Shown in pieces: positions 51,501 through 62,126 of a DNA stretch of 64,000 nucleotides. The DNA comes from Amoebophrya sp. A120 (lineage: Eukaryota > Protista > Dinoflagellata). The stretch spans positions 1 through 64,000 of the forward strand of contig CAJINV010000008.1 in NCBI GenBank assembly GCA_905178155.1, in the 5' to 3' direction. The position numbers and the translations under genes are program-made. A model generated the notes under the pieces. That model made no database searches, was not told the DNA's origin, and worked only from the letters and a program-made list of their open reading frames with translations. The first letter of the stretch is position 1. Every line of letters begins with the position of its first letter.

Positions 51501-53150
51501 AGCTCTTCGCCGACCTTGTCCCGCTCATCAACGACTTCCAACCAGTCGGTGAGAAAAACCTCGTAGGACTCATAGACCAGTGCAAAATATAACAATGCAC
51601 AACTCCCCCTCCCCCTCATTTGTATAGCATGAACGGCAATACAAGCATCAGCAAGGATGCTGGTCTTGCATGACAAATTTGCACTGGAGTATAGTCTGTG
51701 CTATTTGGGCTACCAGAACTTGTCATGCAAACAATGCCAAGAGGCAAAGGGTGATTTGGATACTTTGCATGACAAATGAGGAGGAGGGGGAGTTGTGCAC
51801 TGTCATACAAAATCGTGGGCCGTCACAATGGTCTCGATGGCCTCCTGGTAAATCGCCCGGGCCTTATCAAACCAGGCGAGCCGAATGAAATGGTCCGCCA
51901 GACAAATCCAGAGCCTACCCACCTGATAATATTGGAAAGATTTTTACGTATGGACACTCATCTTTTCATCTGCATCGAAAAATTTTCGCACTAGGGTCTG
52001 ATGTATTTGGGAAAAGGTGTGGTAGGAATAGGTTTTCACCACGCGACAAAGAATGTGCAAAAAAGAAGAACAGATAAAAAGACCCCGCAAGGCCATTCAT
52101 GTACCTCGTCGGTGAATTTCCCGATTCCCTGGCGGATGATGGGTTCAATTTTTATCGACCGGATTTCTCGGGGGTGTTTTGAGATGAGCTCGCAGAGGTC
52201 GAGCCAGAGCTGGTGGCGGGACTTGCCGTTGATGCTGACAAAGTCCTCGTCGTTCAGAATCTCGACCATTTTCACGGCTGCTTCGTCGTAGATTTCCTGT
52301 CGAAGGAGGTAGGCGATAAAGGTCTCCACGTGGCTGGGCTCCAACATCAAGTAGCGGCGGAAGAGCGTGAGACAGGTCTTCTGGGGGATGACCGCGTGTT
52401 TGTACTTGGTCCCGCCCACCCAGGGAATACCAATGTTCCATACCCGGTGATGCTGCTGGATCGGGAGGGTGCGAAGCGCCCCGTCGATGGCACGGCGGGT
52501 TTGCGTCACGCGCCGCTGCTGGATTAGAAACTCGAGGTAGTCGAGCCAGATGCGCGGCATCTTGTGCATGAAGATCAAACACCGGTCGTAGATCGCGTTC
52601 ACCTCCGCGTAGGCCTCGTCGGAAATCGGGTCGAAATTCTTGTTCCCATAGTGTGCCTGCTCGATCTTTCGTCGTTCGTCCAGCGACTTCCTTCGCTCTA
52701 GCAAATATCTGCGCCACAGCTTGTACGACATCGGCAGTGTCTGATAATTAATGTGTTGGACTCATTTCATACATGTCGTGAATTGAACAAAACTTCTGCA
52801 GTGTCCTCGTCCTGACCACATCGACGCCAATCAGGTGATGATGTGTAGTAAAATCATTCACTATGTCTTAACTTTGGATCACCAGGAACAACATCAGCAT
52901 CAGGGATGAAAAGTATAAAGATCTAAAAGTAGATAAACATGTAAACTTTCATTCTCACCTTCAGCGCCCGTTCGTACATCAAGTATCGCAGTGCGGGATC
53001 GGTCTTCTTGATCGTGTCGATGTACGTGATCCACACCCTAGGCCGGTAGGGATCCAGCGTCAACTCCTCTTCCAGTGTGTCATTGAGCACCGAACTGAGG
53101 TCGTGCAACACACTGTTGGACGCGGAGGAGCCACCGTTCTGCATCGACAT
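48524..53150 (-). CDS. SYF1: Pre-mRNA splicing factor SYF1/XAB2 (HAT repeats), ~7 exons
   Basis: YERALK|TLPMSYKLW, MHKMPRIWLDY, LPIQQHHRVW, LLNSVLLRQNPHVVAEWLKRV, DDLASIWCEWIEMELRH, DLKIATPQVIINFA, KKLERSRDLFE, FEMRHGNAETFKEMRRIQRSV; GT-AG introns plus one introner. Confidence 0.95.
51588..51807. mobile_element. Introner family B (220 bp) in SYF1
   Basis: tataacaatgcacaactccccctcc ... ggagggggagttgtgcactgtcata; perfect DR caaaa; removal gives VTAHDFALVYESY. Confidence 0.94.
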
Positions 53151-54374
53151 TTTGCAAGGAAGAATGTTGCTCCTGCTCCGTGAGTCGAGTGCGAGTCGTC
53201 GCAAAAATAAGGTCGTACTAGAAGACACTGCTTTGCCAACTTCTAAGAATGTGACTACGAGTAACACTAGAACTTAGTCACCTACTTGGCCGCAGAAAGT
53301 GAAAGTCGTCCGGCAACAACGTAAAGATATTTACATGGTTGCTTCGCCTTTGCTAGTAGTAGAAGTACGCTAGCCACAGGACATCAACCAAGAGATATTG
53401 CCCAAATGTCGTGGTGGAAAGATGTAGATGTCATAAACCTAATGCTGATGGTCGCCGTCGCGTAGAAATATAACTGTCGGTGTCGCCTGGAATGCAATTA
53501 CAGATCATGAAATCAAAGGAGAGAAAACACGGATCACATATCTATGGAAAAATAAAATTAAGCACGCTTAGTACAGGATCGCTTCCGGTGCATTCGTGAG
53601 TCTCAAAAAAAAAAATGAACTGATCTACATCCTCATATGTGTTGAACCAGTTGCAATTGTTGTAGAGCCATTTTTATCGACTATTGATGGGGACGAGCAA
53701 TAGTCATCCGCGAAGGATCTTTAGCAGGAAACAACGATCGCAAGTTTATTGCTTCTGCGCAGTGAATATTGAATGATCGCGAAGGAGACTAATAGAGGAA
53801 AAATGCGCCATCGTTTGCAGCTACAGAACTCCAGTATTTAACTCGCTGAGATTGCGACAATGACTGGCTCACGCACAAGTAGGTACCAAAGCACGATGTC
53901 ATCAGCGGTGAATCATCGTGTGCACTGCGTGCAATTCCGAGTTAGTGGTTCAAGACCAAGAGTGCATCAAGTATGCAATCCTTTTCGTACAAACAAAACA
54001 TGTATTTCAGGCATTGATATTAAGTAGCTTCTGCGTTCTCATGCGCGATCCATGTGAAAAACATTTTCATTTACATTTTGTACATGAGCTGAGAGACCAC
54101 GGGCAGCCTTTTCGCAATTTTCTTTTCATTTCATAAAAACTTAGAATAAATCTGCAAAGAGGAGGAGCAGCAAGCGTCCGCGTTGCGTTCATCGTCATTT
54201 ATTCGACCAGCAGTTGCTTCGTAGTATTAAGAATTATATCACGAGAAAAAAGCACCTCTCCTCGAGAATCACGTTGTCCAAGAGGGTTCGATAGCATCTT
54301 TCCCTTTGTCGTCGAGCTTTTTTTTATCTCGTAGTGCTATTTATTGCATCTTCTGGCGGTCCTCTCCTCGGCGA

Positions 54375-55824
54375 CTACAGGATGATCTCATCCTGAAACG
54401 CGGCTTCAGAAACACCAGGCCGCAACAGTGACGGCGCGGGATTTTCTGCTTTTCCTTGCTTGTAGCTACTGTCAATATTGCCGGCCAACATTTTTTCGCT
54501 CTGCGCTCCTCGGCTCGGATTTGGTTCAGTTCCCACAGGCTGCTCCACCTCAGCACCATTGAGGACAGGTGGTGTTTTGCGGCAGCAGCTGCGCATCGCG
54601 TTGTCCGAGTCGTAGGGACAACACTTCTCTTTCGTCTTGGGGGACCCGGGCCAATCTTCGCAATACGGGGTGGCTGGCGCCTTCGCGAAGAGATCCGGGG
54701 AAATGTCGCCGATGTAGTGCGTGTCGCCAAAACCGCCGACGTAGTGGATTTTCTCGACGGATGTCGTCCAAAACGTAAAGTTGTGAGATGTCATGTGCTC
54801 CCACTGCCGCGCGTCGGGGTGCTTGGCGAAGAAACAGTCGGACACGCGCTGGTACTCGCGTCGCTCCGCTGGCGAGTCAGCGCCAAACCGCGCCCCAGGT
54901 TTTGCTCGCCCGAGAAAAGTGACGCTGTGCAGCGTCATTGGGTCGATGGCTGTGTCGTTGGCGTTGGGCGCTCGCACATGGAACGACACGTGGTTCTTGT
55001 AGTGCAGCACCGCGTCCAAGGTGGCCTCCAGTGGGCTCGAAAAGATCCATATGTCCTGCTGGTTGGCGCAATCTGCCGCGATTTGCTCCACCTGCCCGAA
55101 CGGAAAATCTTGGTACTGCGGGTCCCGGTAGTAGCGCACCATCATGGTTGCGAAACCCTGCTTATCAAATGTAAAAATGTCTGGGTCTGGACGAATGCAA
55201 CTTGTGATGCTATTTTTGGAATCCAAAGAAAATCTGTATTGCATGAGCAACAAGAGGCGTCCAGTTTTTGCTCCGCGGAGAGGGGATTTCTCATGCGGGA
55301 TAGGCATCAAGATGCCCGCAAAAAATCTGTGATGCTACGGCATGCATCACAGACATCATTGGTCATGGTCATGGAAAATATGCATGACAAATCTAGAAAT
55401 CTTCCAGACCCAGACACTTTTACATTTGATACTGCTGCCCGAGTAGCTGCTTCGCCAGCGACGCGGCCTGGTACTCCGTCGGGATAGTCTGAATATCTGT
55501 AGGGGAGCTGGTGCTCCTACTGTCACGTCTCCCTGCTTCAGGATCTTCATCGCTGTTACGAGGCAAGAGCAGATCCTTGTGGTCTGACTGGGAGCGACGT
55601 CGAAGAAGCTCAACATCAAACTTCTGATGATCTTCGAGACCTGCCACATAATCCGTGTAGCTTTCCTTGGAGCTGCTGCTTCTTCTTGCAACCTCAGTTT
55701 TCGGATTTGCCGTTCTTTCCGCAGCAAAACACATTCGTGAAAACCAGCGGCCGTCGTGGGCGAATAGGAGAAAGACCAGCTGGATCTTGCTTCGTCTTCG
55801 AAGGACAGAGCGATTTCTCATCAT
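54375..55824 (-). CDS. CREG-like / pyridoxamine-phosphate-oxidase-like split-barrel protein, secreted-type
   Basis: FPFG, CFFAKHPDARQW..SHNFTFW...IHYVGGFG; ORFs 55420-55824 and 54375-55310 join as LLGQQGFAT across element 55163-55431. Confidence 0.82.
55163..55431. mobile_element. Introner family A (269 bp)
   Basis: 29-bp TIR (28/29) tatcaaatgtaaaaatgtctgggtctgga; perfect DR ctgct. Confidence 0.95.
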
Positions 55825-56579
55825 AATGGAGTTTTGTGACTACTAATGATTGATCATGTACCACATTCACCTTCTACTTCTAGTTCTAGGTAGTATAACG
55901 ACCACGAGCAACTGCAACATGCACACGTCTAAAAAATGGCACAGACGTGCTATCCAGGCGAAAAACAGTAGCGAGCTGCAGCTGCTCGCCTGGTGGTTTC
56001 ACCATGATACATACTTTGAGTTCCTTGAAGGCATACAGTCCAGATCGAGCAGTGTTAGATCCTTTTTATTATGGTGAGGACGTACGTATATACTTATTTA
56101 CAATTTGGCTATAGCTAGTACTATGCCGGTTAAGATGAACGAGACCAGGACCCATACCCATTTCGCGCACGGTTGAGGATGTCCGATGGTAGGAATAAAC
56201 AGGAGAGTGCTAATGACGCATGTTGCCCCCCGTGGATACACTCTCGCTATGGCGCGTGGAAAGTTGGAAAAAACATCTCTCTGTAGAACTATGCCATGCA
56301 TCACAGCAATTCCACCCCCTGTTTTCAAGGCTACTTACAACGTCAGCCGCCCCTTGCAGAACAAAATGTCCTTCTCTACAGCTGTCATTATTGCTGCTTT
56401 GCACCAATATTTTGGTCGAACAGGTGGAGGTGGAGCAACAGAGCAAGCTTTCTACGCTCTTTACTGAAGATTAGCGCGCGAAATGTCGACCGATCAAGTA
56501 CAAGTAGAATTGCGTCTTGCTACTCTGTCAGTCTCAGCCAGAGCCAGTCAAAAACAGGTTCAAACAGAAATGACTCGAT

Positions 56580-58706
56580 TCAAAATGGCTTTGCGACTGC
56601 CCCTCCGACTTGCGAGTAGAGAATGGCTCCCACGACTGCCACACCTCCCAGGCCTCCCGCAATCATTGTTGTCGACGGCCCGCCTTCGGAGCCGTCGCTT
56701 TTTTCCGCCTCCTCATCTTCCGATCTGGCAGCGGCGTCTTCAGTGGCATTCGACGTAGCGTTTTCTCGTCCCGCGGTCGAATTCTTGTCCTCATCTCCGG
56801 ATGGAGGTACCGCTGTACCTGCAGGAGCGTTGGTACTGGTGCAGTCGTCCCCCGTCAATCCGGTGCAGCTCTCCTCTTCCTGGGTTGCCTCTGTTAACGC
56901 GTTTCCAGAAGGGCACTCTTCGTCCCCCGTGGCACAGTCGTTGCTTTGTTGTATGATGGCCCGACTGCGCCGCCGCACCCCGTCTTCGCAGCCACTTGAC
57001 GAACAGCTAGTCCATTCCGCCCATTGGTCGTATTGGCAGACCAGCTTTATGTCGTTGCAGTCGCAATGCCTTTCGTTTTCTTCGATCAGGTTCGCAGTCT
57101 TTTCCTGCCATCCCCCGCTGCTGTAGGTTCGAGTGGAGCACTCATGGTTCTCCACGGTTCGAGTGCGCCTATACTTCTGCTTCCCATACGCGCAGTTCTT
57201 CACGCAGTTATTCCCATGCTTCGTCCAACCCGTCCAACCGCTCACTTTGAACCAGTCTGTGCACGGCGGAGAATAGTCGTACCCGTTGTAACCGCCGTAA
57301 CCGCCGTACGGCGGATCCTTCTTCTGCTTGTTCCTCACGTTCATACCGCTCTCGGCAAGAGCGAACGCCGCCGCCGCGCTGGTGCAGTCGTCGCTGCTGC
57401 AAGCGTGGTATACGTATCCACTATTACTGATGGTCTGAATCTGTTTCCAGGACCCAGCTATTGCGCCAGTCAGATGGCAGTAGGTTGATGATTTGCGGCC
57501 TGCGAGATCACTATCAATGCTCGACGTTTCCCGCTCGCTGCGACCAGCGTCCTCCCTGTCAACAGCCTTTTCGTCGTCGAGATGGGCTAGACTGGACGTT
57601 GAGGATGTACTGTTTTTGAGAAAACCTGTGCTGCTGCTGCGTCGGGAAGACGGATCAGAAAAAACTACGGCAAAGTTTCTGGGTTTTGTTCTCTTCTTCT
57701 TCTTCTTCCGCTCGCTTGTCGCGGAAACAGCTGCAGCTCCTCCAGTTGCTGTGTCGTCGTCGCGAAATTCTGTATCCGTATCTCGAGGATGTTCTTTATT
57801 TTTTCGTTTGCGCGTTCTGCTCTCCTTCTGTTGCTGTTCATCATGCATGCGCCACGACTCTTCACCCCTTGGCCTTGATGCACCGACACCGACAGTGCCT
57901 CTTGGGCGTTCATCGGCTTTTTTTTTTGCGGCAGTCGTCTGTTTTTCTGCATTTTCGGGACCGCTGTCGAACCGACCGGATCCGGAATCGCCGAGGTGGA
58001 GCTCCTCGCCCGGCCTTGGAATCGCCGTCGTTGTTGCGACTTCTTTGTGTCCGAGAGTAGCATTCGAGTGCGCGGCTTCGCCGATCCCCTCATCTTCAAT
58101 GCGAATGTCTCCATGATGTTCTCTCCGCACGAGTGACGCAAGAGTTGTCTCCGTTTTCTGGTGAACCTGCGCGAGCGGTGCCCCGTCCGCATCTGCCTTT
58201 GGACCGTGATGCTGCTGCGTGCTCCTGCTTTCACCTGCGCCATTGTGATCAGCGCTTTTTGGTGCTGTTCCACCAGACCAGGAACCAGAAGTAAAAGTAT
58301 GAGGTCCTCCTGCTCGCTCGTTTTCTTCGTGTTCTTGCCTATTTCCCGCTAGTGCAGCTTCACCGGTGTCGAGAAACATTTCAATTTTCGAGGACGTTGC
58401 TGACGAGGAAGTTGAGCGCACTGCTTCGCTTTCATGTTCGCGCCGGACCATCGCAGGACGCAAGGTGTGCTCGGTGCGATTTCTACTTTCGGTGGCCGCG
58501 TTTCCATCACCCTTCTCCTGGCTGGCAGAAGCGAGTGCGAGAACCTGTTCAAGAACGCTGAAGAGCGATTTCTTGTGGCCGAGAAAGAGGAGCGCTGTTT
58601 TTCTACAAGGTCGCGATAGCCGCAGACGGCCGTAGACGCCGGCTCCGCCCCGATGCCAGCGAAGCCGAGTTTTGGACGGGGCACCGGAGCTCGTCGCGAA
58701 CATCAT
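56580..58706 (-). CDS. Thrombospondin type-1 repeat membrane protein (adhesin-like)
   Basis: WTGWT...CVKNCAYGKQKYRRTR and QWAEWTSCSSSGCEDGVRRRSR, followed by TM-like IAGGLGGVAVVGAILY; start codon and tail uncertain. Confidence 0.8.
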   Translation of the reverse strand: MMFATSSGAPSKTRLRWHRGGAGVYGRLRLSRPCRKTALLFLGHKKSLFSVLEQVLALASASQEKGDGNAATESRNRTEHTLRPAMVRREHESEAVRSTSSSATSSKIEMFLDTGEAALAGNRQEHEENERAGGPHTFTSGSWSGGTAPKSADHNGAGESRSTQQHHGPKADADGAPLAQVHQKTETTLASLVRREHHGDIRIEDEGIGEAAHSNATLGHKEVATTTAIPRPGEELHLGDSGSGRFDSGPENAEKQTTAAKKKADERPRGTVGVGASRPRGEESWRMHDEQQQKESRTRKRKNKEHPRDTDTEFRDDDTATGGAAAVSATSERKKKKKRTKPRNFAVVFSDPSSRRSSSTGFLKNSTSSTSSLAHLDDEKAVDREDAGRSERETSSIDSDLAGRKSSTYCHLTGAIAGSWKQIQTISNSGYVYHACSSDDCTSAAAAFALAESGMNVRNKQKKDPPYGGYGGYNGYDYSPPCTDWFKVSGWTGWTKHGNNCVKNCAYGKQKYRRTRTVENHECSTRTYSSGGWQEKTANLIEENERHCDCNDIKLVCQYDQWAEWTSCSSSGCEDGVRRRSRAIIQQSNDCATGDEECPSGNALTEATQEEESCTGLTGDDCTSTNAPAGTAVPPSGDEDKNSTAGRENATSNATEDAAARSEDEEAEKSDGSEGGPSTTMIAGGLGGVAVVGAILYSQVGGAVAKPF

Positions 58707-60988
58707 AGTACGTCCACGAGTCTTTACTACAGATGCAGATCTTTTTGCTTCCTCGTCGACCAGCACGATGGTGATGGAATGCTTCGGTGTTAACGTTTCA
58801 GCACTTCTGTTGAATCTGAATGTGAAATTCCGAGCCTTGTTCGAATTCACATTCAAAATCTAAATGTGAATTCGAACTACAAGGCTTTCTCTACGTACAC
58901 TTTCATATACTACGTGTGCGAGCAAGACCAGGACACTCACACTCCTTGAACGAGAAAGTTACTTACGTACAACTGCAAGCAGATGCAGATGTACAGGAAG
59001 TAGTTCGCCAAACCTATTCACGAACTCACCCTGGCCCACTCTCGTCATTTGATAACGGATGCCCACCAGCTCCAGCAGAAATTTGATAATGGACGTCTTG
59101 CAGCTCAACGCTCGAATTTTTCAAAAGCAAGCGGAAATATTTAATATTATCCCTTCGCGACATTGAGCTTCGCCCACAGTCACGTCAGTGATGCTTCGAG
59201 CTTGTTCAGCTCATGTGAGCCTCGCTCTGAGTAGCTTGAAGTAGTGCGTCCTGGCTTTTGCGAAATGGTCTGGCAAAGAATGTTCGTGCATTAAGAAAAA
59301 CTAGAACCAAAAACACGAACACTAACGATGACTCGGGTCTAACAGCACTGCTCATTCTCATGCACCTTTATGGTCCCAAGTCCCACTGCAGAATCGTCGG
59401 CTGCGCTGATCCCGCCGGAACCAGGAACCTTCCCTGCGACAACAAATGTGATCATATGTGACAGTCAGAGTACATGCTTGGTGTTGACGTCGAAGAAGGT
59501 GAAGGGCTATCGACGTAATGGAGTGCATAAGAGCGTTCACCTTCACACAAGACTCACTAATAAAGGGAAATGAGTATCTGTTCCCTCGGTGTTCGTCAAT
59601 CTGTCGGGGTGATTGCAGCGGGAATCTTTACTCGTAACCACCTGCTGTAGAACTTTTTTCCTGTGCAAGGATTTTAGTCAAGTGCGTCAGCGCTCGGTCT
59701 GCACGGACGGCCATGGAGTGAGACGCGTGGAAAAGACGCAGGGGCGGAAGCAGCTCCCCCAGAACTACTCGGACCCCCTCAAAGGGGTAGGTGCTCGGCA
59801 ATCCCAGCGCGGCATCCCGCCACAAGAACATCTGTCTCTTACAAAATTATGGCAGGCAAATGGACCATCGTAAAGGTAGTCGCATACTACAGCTGTTGAG
59901 ATTCTATCTATTTCTGCCGGCCCCAAGAGCGGTGCGCTAGTATTTCAAATTCAAGTGCCGAAATGTTACCAAATATGGCCGCCGGGGCGGAGGTAGTGAG
60001 GCCGTGGGCGCTTTCTTGCCGGCCGTCGCTGTGCTTTTTCTGGGCTCGCCATACCGCCGGGAGTAATGTTATGTCGCACGGTGTGGCGGCAGGTGAAAAA
60101 ACATAACATATTTTTGGTAAATTTCCGAAATTCCCTTAAGAAAGCCAGCCCCGATGCTATGGAGCCGATCCGGGCGCCGCGGGGGGCGCCCAGAAAGCGA
60201 AGAAAAATCGGGGCCGTAGCATGCGGATTGGCTTCGCGCGTCCGGCGCGCTTTTCCTTTTTTGCGTTTTTATTTTTCGCGCCGGCGCTTTTTGCAAAGCT
60301 TCCCCCGATTAGAAACCGGCGAAAAGGCGGCCGCTTTCGCGGCCGCCCAAAATGCTCCGAAATCGAGGCCGTGCCATGCGGTTTCGCTGTTCTGGCTTTA
60401 GACGCGTTTTTTCTGGGCGCCCTTTTGGGCGCCCCAAATCGCCAGAATCCCAAGCGGCGGGCGCCTCAGAAAGGCGCCCCCTTTGCCGGCTCCCCTGCGT
60501 CGTTTTATCAATCGGCGACCGATAGAATCCGAAGGCGATTCGTTGACGGCAAAGCAAAACAGGATGGCACGACTCAAGTCTTTTCGTGCGGAAAAACACG
60601 AAGCACCATTACAAACTGCCGGTCGTTTTTGACACTTCATGGCAAGAAAACTGCCCGGTTAGAACCGTTCGGTGACCTCACTACATATAATTCGAACATG
60701 CTCTCCTGAGATTGAAGGTGAATGGCTATCATGCATAACAAAAGGCCAGCGCCAGCGCCAGCGCGTGGCTTCATAAAACCATGTGCTTGGGAACAGCAAT
60801 CTTCCTACATCGTGACTCAAGCATCATCGCGGAAATACCATACTTAGTTCCAGTCGCTGAACGAAACAGGCCATAGATCATGTCGGTCCACATAAAAACG
60901 TAACGCCAACTCAACTGTCAATTTTTTTACGTCATCTAAGAATTAGGTAGGTATTTGCCTGCAATAACGTTTCAAACTTCTGCAAGAG

Positions 60989-62026
60989 TTAGACCAGAAA
61001 ATCGGACGAAGTACATGTTTTTTTGCGCATCCCCGTGCAATGGGGGTCGCTGGCGGAAAGAAGTTGGGGGGCGCGAAGGCGCGACCGCGTTCCGGGCTGC
61101 TTTACCCCGTAAAAATTAGCCTCCGGCATTGCGGCGGGGCGGCCGGGGCCGGGAAGGGTCGGCCGGACATAGATAGGAAGGCGACGGCACACAGCCAGCA
61201 CTTCGCCACCCGCCCCCGCGCGAGACTCAAGTCGGGGATGCACAGCCGACGCGGCGTGCATCCCGGGGCCCCAACTCGAAGCCCGTCCGGGGCCGGAAAA
61301 GCTTTTGCTTTGGCTGCGGCCGGGCGCGCCCTTCCCCATCCGGGGTCCCGGCCGGCGGGTGAATTGCACGCCCCTTGAAAGGCGTGCGCGCCCTCCCCCC
61401 TTTCCGGGGGGGGGAAAAGCGGGGGCCGAATTGGCCCAATTCGCCCCCCTTTTGGAGGGGGGGTAAAATGTGCCCGGTTCTGGGCCATTTTGCCCCCCCC
61501 TGTAGCATCGGGGGAAGGCCATTTTCTGCCCCCCCTAAAAAAGGGGGCAGAATTGCCCCAATTCTGCCCCCTTTTTACCCCCCCCCCCCGAGGGGGGGCG
61601 CGCGCGCCTCTCGGGCCCCCCCCATCATTATCCCCAACTTGGGGGGCGTTGGCTTGGGCCGAAGCAGGCCCAACCCACGGGGCGCGCGCTCTACTGCTTC
61701 GGAGGCCGGCCCCTCCTGTACGGCAAACAGGCCCATGCGCTTCCGGCAGAAAACATGGCGGCGGCGCACCGCCCCGACAGGGACAGGCCCGGGGGGAAGC
61801 CGCTTGGCGGGGCGGCGCTTCTCGCTCTTGGCGGGCTTCGAGGCCGGGAGGCCGCCCCGGCTCTCTTTGACAAGCCACAACGCCCGAGCCGCTGCATGGC
61901 GCAGCGAGGTCCTCGGGCCGGGTGTGTTGCGAGGGCATCCCGCCGCCCTCAAAGCGAAACGAAAGTGGCCCGCCATGCCAGCGGGTGCGCGAAAAAGTAT
62001 GTACTTCGTCCGATTTTCTGGTCTAA
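60989..62026. mobile_element. Non-autonomous GC-rich TIR element (1038 bp)
   Basis: Perfect 28-bp TIR ttagaccagaaaatcggacgaagtacat; perfect 5-bp TSD aagag (60984-60988 and 62027-62031); no credible ORF. Confidence 0.9.
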
Positions 62027-62126
62027 AAGAGCGTAATGCTCAACGTCAACAGATATTGTATTCGCATAGCCATGTATCAAAGAGAAAGGCGGCACATCAT
62101 CCCGTCAATTTGTCTTGACGTGGTTA

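Noticed and set aside
53660-53680. Dinoflagellate spliced-leader relic (gagccatttt)
   Set aside because: Only a short partial match, and on the wrong strand for the neighbouring genes.
60989-62118. Transposase ORF inside the GC-rich TIR element
   Set aside because: The ORFs are G/P/A/R-rich products of high GC, with no DDE or HTH pattern.
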